A stretch of 64,000 nucleotides of DNA from positions 28,017-92,016 of the IMG/VR virus record IMGVR_UViG_2934356561_000002, one strand, 5' to 3'. The stretch is from a virus (taxonomy: Duplodnaviria; Caudoviricetes). A model generated the notes under the pieces. It saw only the letters and a list, made by a program, of their open reading frames with translations. It made no database searches and had not been told where the DNA came from. Of this stretch, positions 54,781-64,000 are shown in pieces; position 1 is the first letter of the stretch, and the number at the start of each line of letters is the position of its first letter. A program made the translations under genes and the position numbers.

Positions 54781-54974
54781 CGCCAATGCTACGTCTGTTC
54801 GAATACCGGATGCGAATGGCGCGCCGGACACCCCCAGCCCCCACCTGCCACACTGACCGTGGTCCGCCACGTCACCCCCGCCGCGGCGGGCCACCCCCGT
54901 ACGCAGAAAAGCGGCCCACCATCCCCAGGGACAGTGGGCCGCTCGGCGGGGAGGCCAGGCCCGCACCGTACGAC

Positions 54975-55631
54975 TCAGCCACGCTCCGTGTACGGCAAAA
55001 GCACAGAATCCACCCTCCCGGCCAGCTGTGCCGCACGCTGCGGATCCCGGGCCTTCGGCGCCCCGGCCAGGGTCGGCACCAGCCAGTCCGGGCCCAGCAC
55101 GTGCACCACACCCCGCTGGCCCGGCACCCGCGCCTCCAGCCGGCCACCGGCTATCGGGGACCCGTGGACCACAATGAGCGGCCACACCTGATCCGGGCGC
55201 AGCCCGACCGCGGTCGCAACCACTTCTGCATACCCGGCGACCTTCTCGACCTGGTCGTGCCGGTCGTCCTCACCGCAGTGCACCCGGCCGCCGACCAGTG
55301 CCGTGGTGCGGCCGCGGTGCCAGTTCTTCGTATCAAGGACCACGACCGCGGTGCCGCACGGCGACGCCAGTGCCGTGTCGATGTTGAACCTGCGGCCCCG
55401 CAGCCGGAGGTCGTGACGGATGTGCCACCCGGCGGCCTCGAGCGGGGCCAATAACAGAGCCGTCGCCTCCTCCCCTGCAGCGCCGTGCGCCCACCGGGCC
55501 GCTGCCGCATTCGCGCACCGCACCTTCGCACCACCGAGGCCGAGGAACGCTAGCAGGCGCCGCCACAGGCCACGCCGGGCACCCGCACGCAGTTCCGCGG
55601 CACGGGCTGCAGCCGAGTTCCTCGTACTCAC
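54975..55631 (-). CDS. NERD (nuclease-related domain) protein
   Basis: GAAGEE..HDLRL..NID..VVLDTKNW. Confidence 0.85.
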   Translation of the reverse strand: MSTRNSAAARAAELRAGARRGLWRRLLAFLGLGGAKVRCANAAAARWAHGAAGEEATALLLAPLEAAGWHIRHDLRLRGRRFNIDTALASPCGTAVVVLDTKNWHRGRTTALVGGRVHCGEDDRHDQVEKVAGYAEVVATAVGLRPDQVWPLIVVHGSPIAGGRLEARVPGQRGVVHVLGPDWLVPTLAGAPKARDPQRAAQLAGRVDSVLLPYTERG

Positions 55632-56080
55632 CGCCCGCCCCCGGCGATCACGGCGGCGACGGCGATCCAGCCCTTGTGCCACGCCTGGTCCAGCAGCAGG
55701 CCGGCGCCCGGGTCGCGCTTCAGCCACTTGGTGTGTCCGGTACGTCGGGCGAACCGCACGAGGGCGGTCGACGGCCCCTTCTCCTGCCACCGGCCACCGG
55801 ACCGGTCAGCGACATAGTGCGTCACCGCGGACACGGCCAGCCCAGCGGCCGCACGCCGCCAGTCCAGGCCGAGGCGCAACGCCCGGTCTGCGGCGAGCAG
55901 GGCGACCGCCTGCGTGGCCGTATAGCTGGCAACATGCCTTGCGCATGCAGCCCTTCCTTCCCAGCCGCACTTGCCCTTCGCACTAGCGTCGGCGTCCCGC
56001 TGCCCCCAGAAGTCACCAACGTCGTGGGAGGCGTTCAGTGCCGCATAGGCGCCGATTGCTCGTACTGCTGTGGTGGTCAT
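55628..56080 (-). CDS. DUF3307-like membrane protein
   Basis: HDVGDFWGQ...HVASY...THYVADR...DQAWH. Confidence 0.75.
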   Translation of the reverse strand: MTTTAVRAIGAYAALNASHDVGDFWGQRDADASAKGKCGWEGRAACARHVASYTATQAVALLAADRALRLGLDWRRAAAGLAVSAVTHYVADRSGGRWQEKGPSTALVRFARRTGHTKWLKRDPGAGLLLDQAWHKGWIAVAAVIAGGGR

Positions 56081-56265
56081 GCTGCTCCTCCATTGGACTG
56101 GGTAGGAAAGCGCCGCTGGCACTCGGTGGTGCGGCGGTGGTGAACCCGCCCTTCGGGAAGCTGGCTTCCGCGCTTGTCGTAGCAGAAAGCGCCCGGAACG
56201 CTGCCGCAGTGCGGGCAGCGGACCATGAGGGCGCGGGTGTGAACGGTGGGTTCGCGGTGGGTCAT
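56077..56265 (-). CDS. small zinc-finger protein
   Basis: VRCPHCGSVPGAFC...HHRR. Confidence 0.7.
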   Translation of the reverse strand: MTHREPTVHTRALMVRCPHCGSVPGAFCYDKRGSQLPEGRVHHRRTTECQRRFPTQSNGGAA

Positions 56266-56367
56266 GCTGCGTACTCCTTCAGGTTGCAGAAATGTGACGG
56301 CGGGTTACGGGTAGGGGTAGAAAGCGGGTCTCAGCCCGGGAATCTGGAGACCCCACCCCCGTTCCGG

Positions 56368-56760
56368 TTACGCTGCGTTCGCCTTGGCTGCCTTCCGAAT
56401 GGCCCGCCGCTCCGCCCGGTACGCCCGCTCCCCGTCCCAGCACGCCTCGCACGGCTCCTCGCCCCGGTACGTGTGGGCGGCGTATCCCGCATGGTCGCCG
56501 TGTCGGCGCGGCTTCCCGTCCAACAGGCCGGCCCGGCAGGCTAGAAGCACGGCATGCGGGGCATTCGTCGCCCCGAGCTTCCGTATCGCCCGGTTCACCG
56601 TCGGGGTGATGCCCTTCCGTGTGATCACCAGCTGCCGGGCAATGTCCTCGTGGGTGTGGCCGTGGGCGACGAGTTCGAGGACCTGGAGTTCGTGGTCGGT
56701 GAGAGAGGCCACGGGCCCGCCACCGACCGGCGACGGGCCCACCTGTACGGGGGCGGTCAC
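56368..56760 (-). CDS. LuxR-type HTH regulator with C-terminal Zn motif
   Basis: LTDHELQVLELVAHGHTHEDIA...KLGATN. Confidence 0.8.
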   Translation of the reverse strand: MTAPVQVGPSPVGGGPVASLTDHELQVLELVAHGHTHEDIARQLVITRKGITPTVNRAIRKLGATNAPHAVLLACRAGLLDGKPRRHGDHAGYAAHTYRGEEPCEACWDGERAYRAERRAIRKAAKANAA

Positions 56761-57623
56761 AGGGCGCCACCCATGCGCGGCTCGACGCGGGTACGGCCCC
56801 GGTTGTAGTGCGGTACCGGGTCGGGACCATCAGCCACGAAGACCCGCTCGTTCGGGTCCATCTCCCGGCCGTCCTTGTCGTAGTAGGTGGGTGCGTCCAC
56901 CTCGTGTTCGTTCTTCCACTCGTTCAGGGCTGCCTCGTCGAGACCCTCCGGAGGGTTCTCGCCTGCGTACCAGTCCTGCTTGATGCCAGCCTCCTCGAGG
57001 AGGTCGAAGCCCATCTCGCTGACGATGACCTCTGCGCCGGTCTGAACGTCGTACGCCTCGGCCTGCGTGACGTGCTCGAACGCAGTGTTGAACTCCTCGA
57101 GCAGGGCGACGAACTTCGTCTGCCACTCGATCGGCATGGACTGGAGCAGGGTGCGCGGGAGTACCAGGTAGTTGGCGTACGAGAAGCTGAAGTGCGTGTG
57201 GATGTCGGTGGCCAATGTTGCGGGCGCGGCGGTGGCGTTGAGGCGATCGCGGAGATCCTTGGCGATGGCCGCGTACAGCTCCCGGTCGTCGATCCGGAGG
57301 GCGCTCTCCGCGAACTCGTTCAGCCGGGTGGCTAGACCGTGGGCCCGATCGACTGCGGTATTCAGCTGGGCAATGCGGCCCAGCAGGAACAGCACGTCCT
57401 CGCGGGCGTGGGCGGCGAAGCGGGCGTTGGAGTACGTCTGCCCATCGCCGTGCTCGCCGGCCAGCGTGGCGACGGCCCCCTCGTTGACGATCCCCTGGCC
57501 GGGGATGAGCCGCGGCTGGGCCTCGATGGTGTAGTTGCCCTTGCCGTCGTAGCTGGTGCCCCAGTGGCCCGGGGTTGCGGCGTCGGCGCGGGCGCGGATC
57601 TCTTCGATTCGGGTGTCGGTCAT
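56757..57623 (-). CDS. hypothetical phage protein
   Basis: IRARADAATPGHW...FAAHAREDV; YLVLPRTLLQSMP. Confidence 0.7.
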   Translation of the reverse strand: MTDTRIEEIRARADAATPGHWGTSYDGKGNYTIEAQPRLIPGQGIVNEGAVATLAGEHGDGQTYSNARFAAHAREDVLFLLGRIAQLNTAVDRAHGLATRLNEFAESALRIDDRELYAAIAKDLRDRLNATAAPATLATDIHTHFSFSYANYLVLPRTLLQSMPIEWQTKFVALLEEFNTAFEHVTQAEAYDVQTGAEVIVSEMGFDLLEEAGIKQDWYAGENPPEGLDEAALNEWKNEHEVDAPTYYDKDGREMDPNERVFVADGPDPVPHYNRGRTRVEPRMGGAL

Positions 57624-57625
57624 GG

Positions 57626-58069
57626 TCAGTTCTCCTTGTTGGTGTACTGGCGGCGGATGTTGGTGAGGCGTTGGCCGAGCGGGAGCCGACCGGACGGGGG
57701 CAGCAGCCGACGCCGCGGTATCAGGGCCGGGGATGGTGCGGGTACGGCGGGAAGGTCGTGGTGCCACATCTCGACCCACACCCCGTTCGACCGCCACACG
57801 CACACGACGCGGCCGGGCCGGAACTCGACCACGGGCCGCAGGTCACCGCTGCCACCGAGGGCGATGGGGTAGGCGGACGCGAAGTGGTGCAGCGCCTCCT
57901 GCGCGTGCTCGCCGATCACCTGAACGGTGAGGCGCGGCGCGCCGTCCTCCGCTGTACCAACCCGCCAGTCCGGTACCAGAGCGGACGGGTACCTGTCGCG
58001 GACCGCCAGGTACCAGGACCGGACAGCGGACAGCTTCGTCTCAATGAGGGCATCGGCAAGCTCAAGCAT
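57626..58069 (-). CDS. hypothetical protein
   Basis: AAGGAGG RBS. Confidence 0.6.
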   Translation of the reverse strand: MLELADALIETKLSAVRSWYLAVRDRYPSALVPDWRVGTAEDGAPRLTVQVIGEHAQEALHHFASAYPIALGGSGDLRPVVEFRPGRVVCVWRSNGVWVEMWHHDLPAVPAPSPALIPRRRLLPPSGRLPLGQRLTNIRRQYTNKEN

Positions 58070-58071
58070 GG

Positions 58072-58530
58072 TCAGACCTCCTTGACGGGAGCGGTCGGGG
58101 CCCAGATCGCGTCGAACTTCTCAACCTCGGCGCGGCGCAGCTCGGTCCATTCGGTGGACGACACCGGGCGCATCGTGGCCCGGTCCTGGAACTCGCCGTG
58201 GTAGGCAACGACCTGCCACAGGCCGACCTGTACTCCGGCGGCGGGCTCGGTCAGGTCCAGGTAGTCGCCGACGGCGAGGTCTTTGAGGTTCTCTCCGTTG
58301 TCGAGCTGGACGTCGAAGCAGTCCACGGTCACTTCGTGGGCGAGCGTGTCAGGCATGGTCAGTTCTCCTTCGGGAGCGGCGCGACGGGCACGCATGCGGG
58401 CGAGGATCTTGTCTTGGGTGGGCGGGGTCCACGTGTGCCAGCTGGCCGTCGGCTTCCATCGCTGCATGTGCTCGCGCTCGTCGAGACCGCAGTGACGGCA
58501 GGAGTTCGGGGACGAGATACGGGTGGTCAT
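58072..58530 (-). CDS. hypothetical protein
   Basis: CRHCG..H..W; possible internal start at MPDTL. Confidence 0.6.
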   Translation of the reverse strand: MTTRISSPNSCRHCGLDEREHMQRWKPTASWHTWTPPTQDKILARMRARRAAPEGELTMPDTLAHEVTVDCFDVQLDNGENLKDLAVGDYLDLTEPAAGVQVGLWQVVAYHGEFQDRATMRPVSSTEWTELRRAEVEKFDAIWAPTAPVKEV

Positions 58531-59029
58531 TCCGACACCAGCTCGAGCGGCCCGAAGTCGGCGACGATCTCCTCGAGCGGGCAGTCCTCGCCGGCGCCCT
58601 GCGGCAGCAGGAAGACGAGGGGCCGCCCCTGACGATCACGGTCGCTGGTGATGTGCCACACCGCGCCATCCCGGTCCCGGTAGTCCCTGCCCACGAGATA
58701 GGGCGCGTCGTCGTGGACGACGGCCAGGCCGTTCACTGTGGCCGCAAGGGCAATGCCGCAGTCACAGCGGTACTCACCGTGCCACTCGCTGCCGTCGCAG
58801 CTGCCGTACGGGTGGGCCTTGATGGTGACCGGGATCTGGGCCATCTCCACCAGGTCCATGTAGTCACCGCGAAGCTGCTTCCCGCATGCGCGATGGGCGA
58901 GGAACACGGCCCCGTTGTCGATCTCCAGCAGGTACTGGTCATCTGGATTGGGGCACGAGCATTCGTCGTCTCCTGCGGCGTATCCCTCGTCAAAGGGCGG
59001 CGGCTCGGAGAGTTGGAACAGGTTAGACA
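58527..59029 (-). CDS. hypothetical protein (phiSA1p31-like C-terminus)
   Basis: DRDGAVW...DFGPL. Confidence 0.6.
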
Positions 59030-59040
59030 TGGAATGCCTT

Positions 59041-59148
59041 TCAGGTGGTGGTCGACGTGTGGCCACCGGTGAGGGCGGTCAGGAACATGGCGGCAGCGAG
59101 GATGGGGCCGCGGACGGTCAGCCAGGTGTGGTGGGCGAACTGCTTCAT
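59041..59148 (-). CDS. 35-aa hydrophobic peptide
   Basis: ATGA coupling with the upstream gene; MKQFAHHTWLTVRGPILAAAMFLTAL. Confidence 0.45.
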   Translation of the reverse strand: MKQFAHHTWLTVRGPILAAAMFLTALTGGHTSTTT

Positions 59149-59366
59149 GCGGCATCACGCCTGCGGTGGCTGCGGGGGTCGTCCTTCCAGGACCAGCCCT
59201 CGATGGCCTCCTCGAGGACAAGTCGGTGTGCCAGCTGCTCGGCAGGGGTCCACGGGCTGCGGTCGACGTCGCCGTAAGTACCATCCGGGATGGATTCGTT
59301 GATGAGGCGCTCGAGCGGGCTCATTCGGGGCTCCAGGTGGCTGCGAAGTCTCTGGGGTGGTGTCAC
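59145..59366 (-). CDS. hypothetical protein
   Basis: SPLERLINESIPDG motif. Confidence 0.55.
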   Translation of the reverse strand: MTPPQRLRSHLEPRMSPLERLINESIPDGTYGDVDRSPWTPAEQLAHRLVLEEAIEGWSWKDDPRSHRRRDAA

Positions 59367-59460
59367 CGGCCCGCGCCCGCCGGCCGGTGGTTCATCGGCC
59401 GGCGGGCTGCCGACCAGGTTTGCCGCACCCTCAGGGGGCGAGGGGCGGCGGTCAGGGGGT

Positions 59461-59637
59461 TCAGGCGACGCGGTAGTTGCGGGCGTCGTAGCCGAAGTCG
59501 GCCCACTCGGCGGCGTGTGCGGGGGCGACCTCGGCGAGGAGGTGCTGCCGGATCTCGTCGGCGGCGCCGTCGGACACGGTGGTCACGGTGTCGGGGACGG
59601 TGTAGCCGTTCGGGTCGAGGAGTCGGAGTTCCTGCAT
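59461..59637 (-). CDS. 58-aa acidic protein
   Basis: GGGGGA RBS; first gene after the operator/promoter at 59690. Confidence 0.6.
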   Translation of the reverse strand: MQELRLLDPNGYTVPDTVTTVSDGAADEIRQHLLAEVAPAHAAEWADFGYDARNYRVA

Positions 59638-59679
59638 GAGTCCCCCGTGTGCCTTAGGTGGGTCGTTGTCGACATAACT

Positions 59680-59717
59680 AGACTACCCATATTCCCATGG
59701 TGCACACAATAGGAATG
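59680..59717 (-). promoter_or_regulatory. operator family site 3 within a promoter
   Basis: TATTCCCATG-N8-AATAGGAATG; minus strand TTGTGT-18-TAGTCT. Confidence 0.6.
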
Positions 59718-59795
59718 ACGGAGATGCGGCACCCGGGTACGACAAAGGGCCCGACCCCCGAACCGGGACCGGACCCTCAGCCACACACCTGCCTG

Positions 59796-60314
59796 TCAGA
59801 ACGGGGGAGCCTCGTCCGCGCCGCTCCCCCACCCGCCACCGCCACCCACGGGCGGCCGGCCCGTACCCGGCGTCCCCGACGCCCACGGATCCTCCGCCGA
59901 CGCCGCGCCCTGCTGGCGCCGAGCCTGCTGAACCTCCGGCGCACCCTTCCCCGCCACACGCGTCACCTTGGCGGTCGCGTTCTTCAAGCTGGCAGCCACT
60001 TCCTCAACGTCCAGCTCGAACACCGTCCGCTTCACGCCCTCACGGTCCTCGTACGACCGCTGCTTGAGTCGACCCTGCACGATGACCCGCATGCCCTTCT
60101 GCAGGCTCTCAGCAGCATGCTCGGCCTGCTGACGCCACACCGAGCACGGCAGGAACAGGGACTCGCCGTCCTTCCACTCGTTCGTCTGCCGGTCGAACAC
60201 CCGCGGTGTCGACGCCACCCGGAACTTGCAGACCGCGGCGCCGGCCGGAGTGAACCGGAGCTCCGGATCGTCGACCAAGTTCCCACACACAGTGATGACC
60301 GTTTCGCCGCTCAT
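59796..60314 (-). CDS. ssb: single-stranded DNA-binding protein
   Basis: [15 protein letters not shown]...VWRQQAE...DEAPPF. Confidence 0.95.
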   Translation of the reverse strand: MSGETVITVCGNLVDDPELRFTPAGAAVCKFRVASTPRVFDRQTNEWKDGESLFLPCSVWRQQAEHAAESLQKGMRVIVQGRLKQRSYEDREGVKRTVFELDVEEVAASLKNATAKVTRVAGKGAPEVQQARRQQGAASAEDPWASGTPGTGRPPVGGGGGWGSGADEAPPF

Positions 60315-61180
60315 GCTGCTTCCTCCATCTGGTTCTGACCCATGATTCGTTCACGCGTCACGTATGCGTCCGGCGTGCCAGCCTCCGACTGAGCAGCCCG
60401 GTACCGGCCCATTGACTTCTGCAGGGCGTCCTTCGAAACACCAAGCCGTGCCGCAGCCTGCTCCCGGGTGAACCCGTGCTGCTCCTCCAGCTCAAACCCG
60501 TTCTCAGCAAGCTCGACAAACCGGGGCACCTGCTCGCCACGGTCCGGTACCGCGGACGGGTCGTCGATCGTGTCGTCATCCCACGCCAACGGGCCGTCCC
60601 ACCCGTACTTGGTCGCATAGGCGCGGCCACGCCCCGAACCCCCAGGAGTCATTGAGAGACGGCCGTACAGGCGCTTGACCGCAAGATCGGTGGCCACGGT
60701 CACCTGCACCCGCCGGCCATGCGTCAGCATGCTGATGTACGTGTACGCACACGGCATGCCGTCCGCGAGCACCTGCTGCGAGTGCCCCATGGCCACCAGG
60801 GCACGAAGACGCCGAATGGCACCAGTTGCGTCGACCAGAGCTGTCAGATCAGGCGACACCCGAACGCTCATCAACTTCGCGGCGGTGCTGCGCCACAGTG
60901 TCGGGGAACGGACCGCATGAGCGTTGCTTACCGTCTTGACGTTCACCCCCGCCTCGCGAGCGATGCCGTCGAAGCTCCGGCCAGCCTTGACCAGCGCCCG
61001 AAGATGAGCCGCAACAGGTGCGGCAGGCACGAGACCGCTGATGCCCTGAGCCCGACGAAAGTCATCGCGCTTCCGCGCACGCCGCGTTCCCTGCACGCAG
61101 GTACGGCACCGGCATGCTGGACGCGACTTGCAGCCCAGGTAGCGTGCCCACGATCCGTGCGGCGGCATGGGCCTGCTCAT
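60311..61180 (-). CDS. multi-HTH phage regulatory protein
   Basis: CRCRTC; [12 protein letters not shown]; [12 protein letters not shown]. Confidence 0.7.
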   Translation of the reverse strand: MSRPMPPHGSWARYLGCKSRPACRCRTCVQGTRRARKRDDFRRAQGISGLVPAAPVAAHLRALVKAGRSFDGIAREAGVNVKTVSNAHAVRSPTLWRSTAAKLMSVRVSPDLTALVDATGAIRRLRALVAMGHSQQVLADGMPCAYTYISMLTHGRRVQVTVATDLAVKRLYGRLSMTPGGSGRGRAYATKYGWDGPLAWDDDTIDDPSAVPDRGEQVPRFVELAENGFELEEQHGFTREQAAARLGVSKDALQKSMGRYRAAQSEAGTPDAYVTRERIMGQNQMEEAA

Positions 61181-61674
61181 GCCGTCACCTCCTCGGAGGC
61201 TGCATCGAGCTGTGCCTGCTCGGCCAGGGCGGCGAGGACGTTGTTCACGGTCTGCACGTTCGTTCCGAGCTCCCGGGCGATCTGCCCCGGCGGCAGGCCC
61301 TTTGCACGTGCCGCCTCGAACAGGTCCAGGCGTTCCGCCAGGATCTGCTGCACCGCCGATACTTCGCCGCGCCCGTACGCCCGCGGCTTCCGACGGTGCA
61401 GCGCACGCCGCTCCCGCTCCGACATGCCACCCCACACACCGAAGTCCTGCCGCGTCTCCACAGCCCACTCCAGGCACTGGGACCGGACCGGGCACTTCGC
61501 GCACACAGCCTTGGCCTCCTCGGCCTGCTTACGGGCGGGAGCACTCTCCCCCTGCGGCCAGAACAAGTCGGGGTCGATCCACCGGCACGCGGACTCGTAA
61601 CGCCACGACAGGTCGGTTACGGCGTTTCGCGGCCGGTCTCCTACTGCGGCGGATTCGGTGATGGTGGCGGTCAT
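61177..61674 (-). CDS. whiB: WhiB-family transcription factor with C-terminal HTH
   Basis: C..DPDLF...AKAVCAKCPVRSQC...GVWGGMSERERR. Confidence 0.93.
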   Translation of the reverse strand: MTATITESAAVGDRPRNAVTDLSWRYESACRWIDPDLFWPQGESAPARKQAEEAKAVCAKCPVRSQCLEWAVETRQDFGVWGGMSERERRALHRRKPRAYGRGEVSAVQQILAERLDLFEAARAKGLPPGQIARELGTNVQTVNNVLAALAEQAQLDAASEEVTA

Positions 61675-61908
61675 GACGGGTCTCCGGACTTGGTGTTGTC
61701 GACGACGGCGATGGGGATTGTGACCGGCCAGGCGATGATGACCAGGGTCATGAGCAGGGGGGCGAGTGCAGGCGACGCGGTGGCCATGAGGTCGAGGCGG
61801 GGGTCTTCTGCCTCGGAGTTCGTCCCAGAAGTGGCCGAGGAGTTGGGCCAGTGCCCCGATGCCTGCGAGGTAGATGACGAACGCTGCGTAGGCCAGCCAT
61901 GTGGTCAT
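61671..61908 (-). pseudogene. small membrane protein with an apparent frameshift near 61815
   Basis: MTTWLAYAAF... continues in another frame as EAEDPRLDLMATASPALAPLLMTLVIIAWP...*. Confidence 0.5.
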
Positions 61909-62417
61909 GACGGGTCTCCGAGGGTGTAGAGGCGGATGATGGCGCCGGGGCGGTCGAGGGCGTCGGGATGTTCGCCGGGGTAGACCTTGCGGCTGTGGTT
62001 CTCGATGACGCGCCCGTCGTCCTCCCATGCCTTGGCCTGCGTGATGGCGTCGTAAGTCGAGCGCTCAAGCTTGTCGATGTCGGGGCTCACGGCGGGGTAG
62101 GTCCGGCGGCGCTTGGGGGCGTTGACGGGCTTGGGCATGGTGAAGGTGATGTCGGCCCGGACGGGGCCGGCGAGGTGCTGGGCTTCCCCGGCAAGGATGG
62201 CTGCCTGGATGGCGGCCTGGACCTTGTCGCGCCAGGGCTTGACCTTGGCGGAGGACTCCCGCATGAGGGGGATGGTCTTGCCGGTCTTGCGGTTCTTGCC
62301 CCATCCGGCGGGGGACTTGCTGCCCTGCGGTCCGGCGAGGCCGTAGACGGCGACGAAGACCCGCGGGGTGGGGTTCCAGAGGTAGGTGCCGGTGAGGTCG
62401 GCGGCGGCGAGGGTCAT
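61905..62417 (-). CDS. rusA: RusA-family Holliday junction resolvase
   Basis: GPQGSK, PDIDKL..TYDAI..WEDD. Confidence 0.9.
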   Translation of the reverse strand: MTLAAADLTGTYLWNPTPRVFVAVYGLAGPQGSKSPAGWGKNRKTGKTIPLMRESSAKVKPWRDKVQAAIQAAILAGEAQHLAGPVRADITFTMPKPVNAPKRRRTYPAVSPDIDKLERSTYDAITQAKAWEDDGRVIENHSRKVYPGEHPDALDRPGAIIRLYTLGDPS

Positions 62418-62794
62418 GCGGCCCCTCCGAAGACGAGGCGGGCGAGGGGGTTGGCCTTCGGGTTGTCGAGGGCGGCGGAGATCTCGCTGTACGTGAGGCC
62501 GTCCGTGGCTTCGGCGGCGGCGCCCCAGCAGTTCATGCAGAGCCAGTGCACGGGCGGGTCGGTCTCGTCCCACGGCATCGCCTCGCGCTGGAACTGGAAG
62601 ACGGTGGCCTGCTTGGTGCAGTGCTCGCAGTTGCCTTCGTGGGCGGTGTGGAGTCGGATCTGTGCGGCCTGCCGGTCCAGTTCGGCCTGGCTGGCGGCGA
62701 AGGTGATACCGCAGCGGTCGCAGTCGCCGGGGCGGAAGAGCGAGCCGCCCGGGGCGATGACGGGGAAGCGGTGCTTGCAGAGGGAGATGGTCAT
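62414..62794 (-). CDS. Cys-rich hypothetical protein
   Basis: Three CxxC pairs; AGGAG RBS. Confidence 0.65.
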   Translation of the reverse strand: MTISLCKHRFPVIAPGGSLFRPGDCDRCGITFAASQAELDRQAAQIRLHTAHEGNCEHCTKQATVFQFQREAMPWDETDPPVHWLCMNCWGAAAEATDGLTYSEISAALDNPKANPLARLVFGGAA

Positions 62795-63012
62795 GCTGCG
62801 TACTCCTGTACGGGTATGGGGCCGTGTCGTCCGGCGCGGAGGTAGGTGGCGTGGCCGGGTGCGTGTCCGACGTGAACGCCGAGGCAGAACGGGCAGCGGT
62901 AGGTGTGGAAGCGGGGGCCGCCTTCGCCGCGTATTTGTCGGGCCCGGCGCCGTCCGGTGCTTCGGCTGGGGAAGCACGTCTTGCCGAGGCAGGCGATCTC
63001 GTACTCGGTCAC
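62791..63012 (-). CDS. small zinc-finger protein
   Basis: C.GK...YRCPFC.G.HVGH. Confidence 0.7.
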   Translation of the reverse strand: MTEYEIACLGKTCFPSRSTGRRRARQIRGEGGPRFHTYRCPFCLGVHVGHAPGHATYLRAGRHGPIPVQEYAA

Positions 63013-63248
63013 TGCGGCTTGGCTTGGGCGGCTGCGGCGCGGATGGCTGCTACGACCTCTTCGACATCACCGAGGGGGATGTACACGATCGGCGATTCCG
63101 GGTCTGTGTAGTCCGGGTGGATGTTCACGCCGAGGGATACGACCGGGATCTCGCCGTGGTAGACGGACGCTTCGACGGGCGCGACGGTCAGGGTGTTGCC
63201 GAAGGCGTCGGTGGGGTCGGCGTAGCTGTACGTGTCGGTGTCGTTCAC
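63009..63248 (-). CDS. hypothetical protein
   Basis: GGAGG RBS; GTGA coupling. Confidence 0.6.
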   Translation of the reverse strand: MNDTDTYSYADPTDAFGNTLTVAPVEASVYHGEIPVVSLGVNIHPDYTDPESPIVYIPLGDVEEVVAAIRAAAAQAKPQ

Positions 63249-63607
63249 GGCTGGTCCTCCTGGTCGCGGGTTTGGGTGATGGCGAGGGTGATGGGGACGG
63301 CTCCGTCGGCGTCTGCCGTACAGCGGGCCCATTCGCCGGCCGGGTTGAGGTGGGCGTGGCAGTGGTGGGCCATGTCGGCGTACATGCGGCCGGGGAGGAT
63401 GGCGTTGACCTCGAGGACGAACGGTCCGTGGTCGTGGTGTCCGATGCGGCAGAGGTTGCCGTTCCAGATGCGGTAGCCCGGGTGGCGTGGGTGGGGGCGG
63501 CCGAGCTGGTTGGTGCCGTTCTCGGCGAGGACGAGGGCATTGATGTTGGCCTGGGCGAGAGCGGCGCCGGGGATGACGATGTACGTCTGGTCGGGGTGCG
63601 TGCTCAC
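63245..63607 (-). CDS. hypothetical protein
   Basis: Coupled ORF. Confidence 0.6.
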   Translation of the reverse strand: MSTHPDQTYIVIPGAALAQANINALVLAENGTNQLGRPHPRHPGYRIWNGNLCRIGHHDHGPFVLEVNAILPGRMYADMAHHCHAHLNPAGEWARCTADADGAVPITLAITQTRDQEDQP

Positions 63608-63993
63608 CGGGTCGGCTCCTCGGCGTGGGTCACCGTGCAGCCGGTGCTCGCCATCACGTTGTCGACGGCGGCTCGTACCGCTGTCTGGATCTCTGCCACC
63701 AGGTCAGGGCGGAGGTCCGGGTGGGTGGCGATCTGTACTGCCGTATCCCATCCGCTGGTGGTGCAGTACCAGCCCACGGCAGGGTGCGGGGTGAGTCCTG
63801 CTGCGCCGAGCTGGATGGCCCACGTGGACACGTCGGCGGCGTTGGTAATCAGAGTGTGGATCTTCTGCTGCGCGGCACGGAACTCGTCGGTGTCGTCGCC
63901 CTCTGGGTCAAGGAGTTCGGCCCACGTGCGGGCGCTCCCGTCCTCCTCGGTCTCCACGGACGGCACCCGGCCGCGCTCCATGCCGTCGCCCAC
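63604..63993 (-). CDS. hypothetical protein (probably starts beyond the window)
   Basis: Open frame up to the window edge. Confidence 0.5.
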   Translation of the reverse strand: MGDGMERGRVPSVETEEDGSARTWAELLDPEGDDTDEFRAAQQKIHTLITNAADVSTWAIQLGAAGLTPHPAVGWYCTTSGWDTAVQIATHPDLRPDLVAEIQTAVRAAVDNVMASTGCTVTHAEEPTR

Positions 63994-64000
63994 GCACCCC

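Larger units (their letters stand above)
1..64000. mobile_element. Streptomyces-type temperate siphophage / conjugative plasmid-phage (partial; extends beyond both window edges)
   Basis: Contiguous terminase-to-tail operon, TraB/Spd/GntR transfer genes, Rep/Prim-Pol, SSB/RusA/WhiB; no host housekeeping genes seen. Confidence 0.9.

Noticed and set aside
54783-54816. LexA SOS box upstream of the DUF6233 unit
   Set aside because: Only one good half-site (GTTCGAA); the second half does not fit CGAAC-N4-GTTCG.

Overview
High-GC (~70%) actinobacterial element, almost certainly from Streptomyces, that looks like part of a conjugative plasmid-phage (prophage). Bases 1-24.1 kb hold a nearly complete siphovirus morphogenesis operon on the minus strand: terminase, portal, scaffold, decoration, capsid, head-tail, tail tube, frameshifted chaperones, tape measure, Dit and tail proteins. 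Bases 25-36.3 kb hold a Streptomyces-type dsDNA transfer module (TraB/FtsK translocase, TraA-like, Spd-like, Nudix, GntR/KorSA-like repressor). Bases 36.6-44 kb hold a replication region (initiator with internal palindromic iterons, CoiA-like nuclease, Prim-Pol). An accessory region carries an MmyB-like regulator and a type III PKS, and 54-64 kb holds phage early/middle genes (NERD, SSB, WhiB, RusA). The most notable part is 50.5-54.1 kb. A 557-aa TnpB with no transposase and with its RuvC-III catalytic Asp replaced by His is followed by a retained omegaRNA-like segment ending in an anti-repeat, then by a 61-bp-period CRISPR array with type I-E-like repeats. Upstream lie an acr-aca-like two-gene operon and a second, degenerate, divergently oriented I-E-like mini-array. 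This is a candidate nascent, nuclease-dead type V-like CRISPR system. All calls come from motif recognition by eye; no database searches were run. No integrase, endolysin, par genes or cas1/cas2 were seen in the window.
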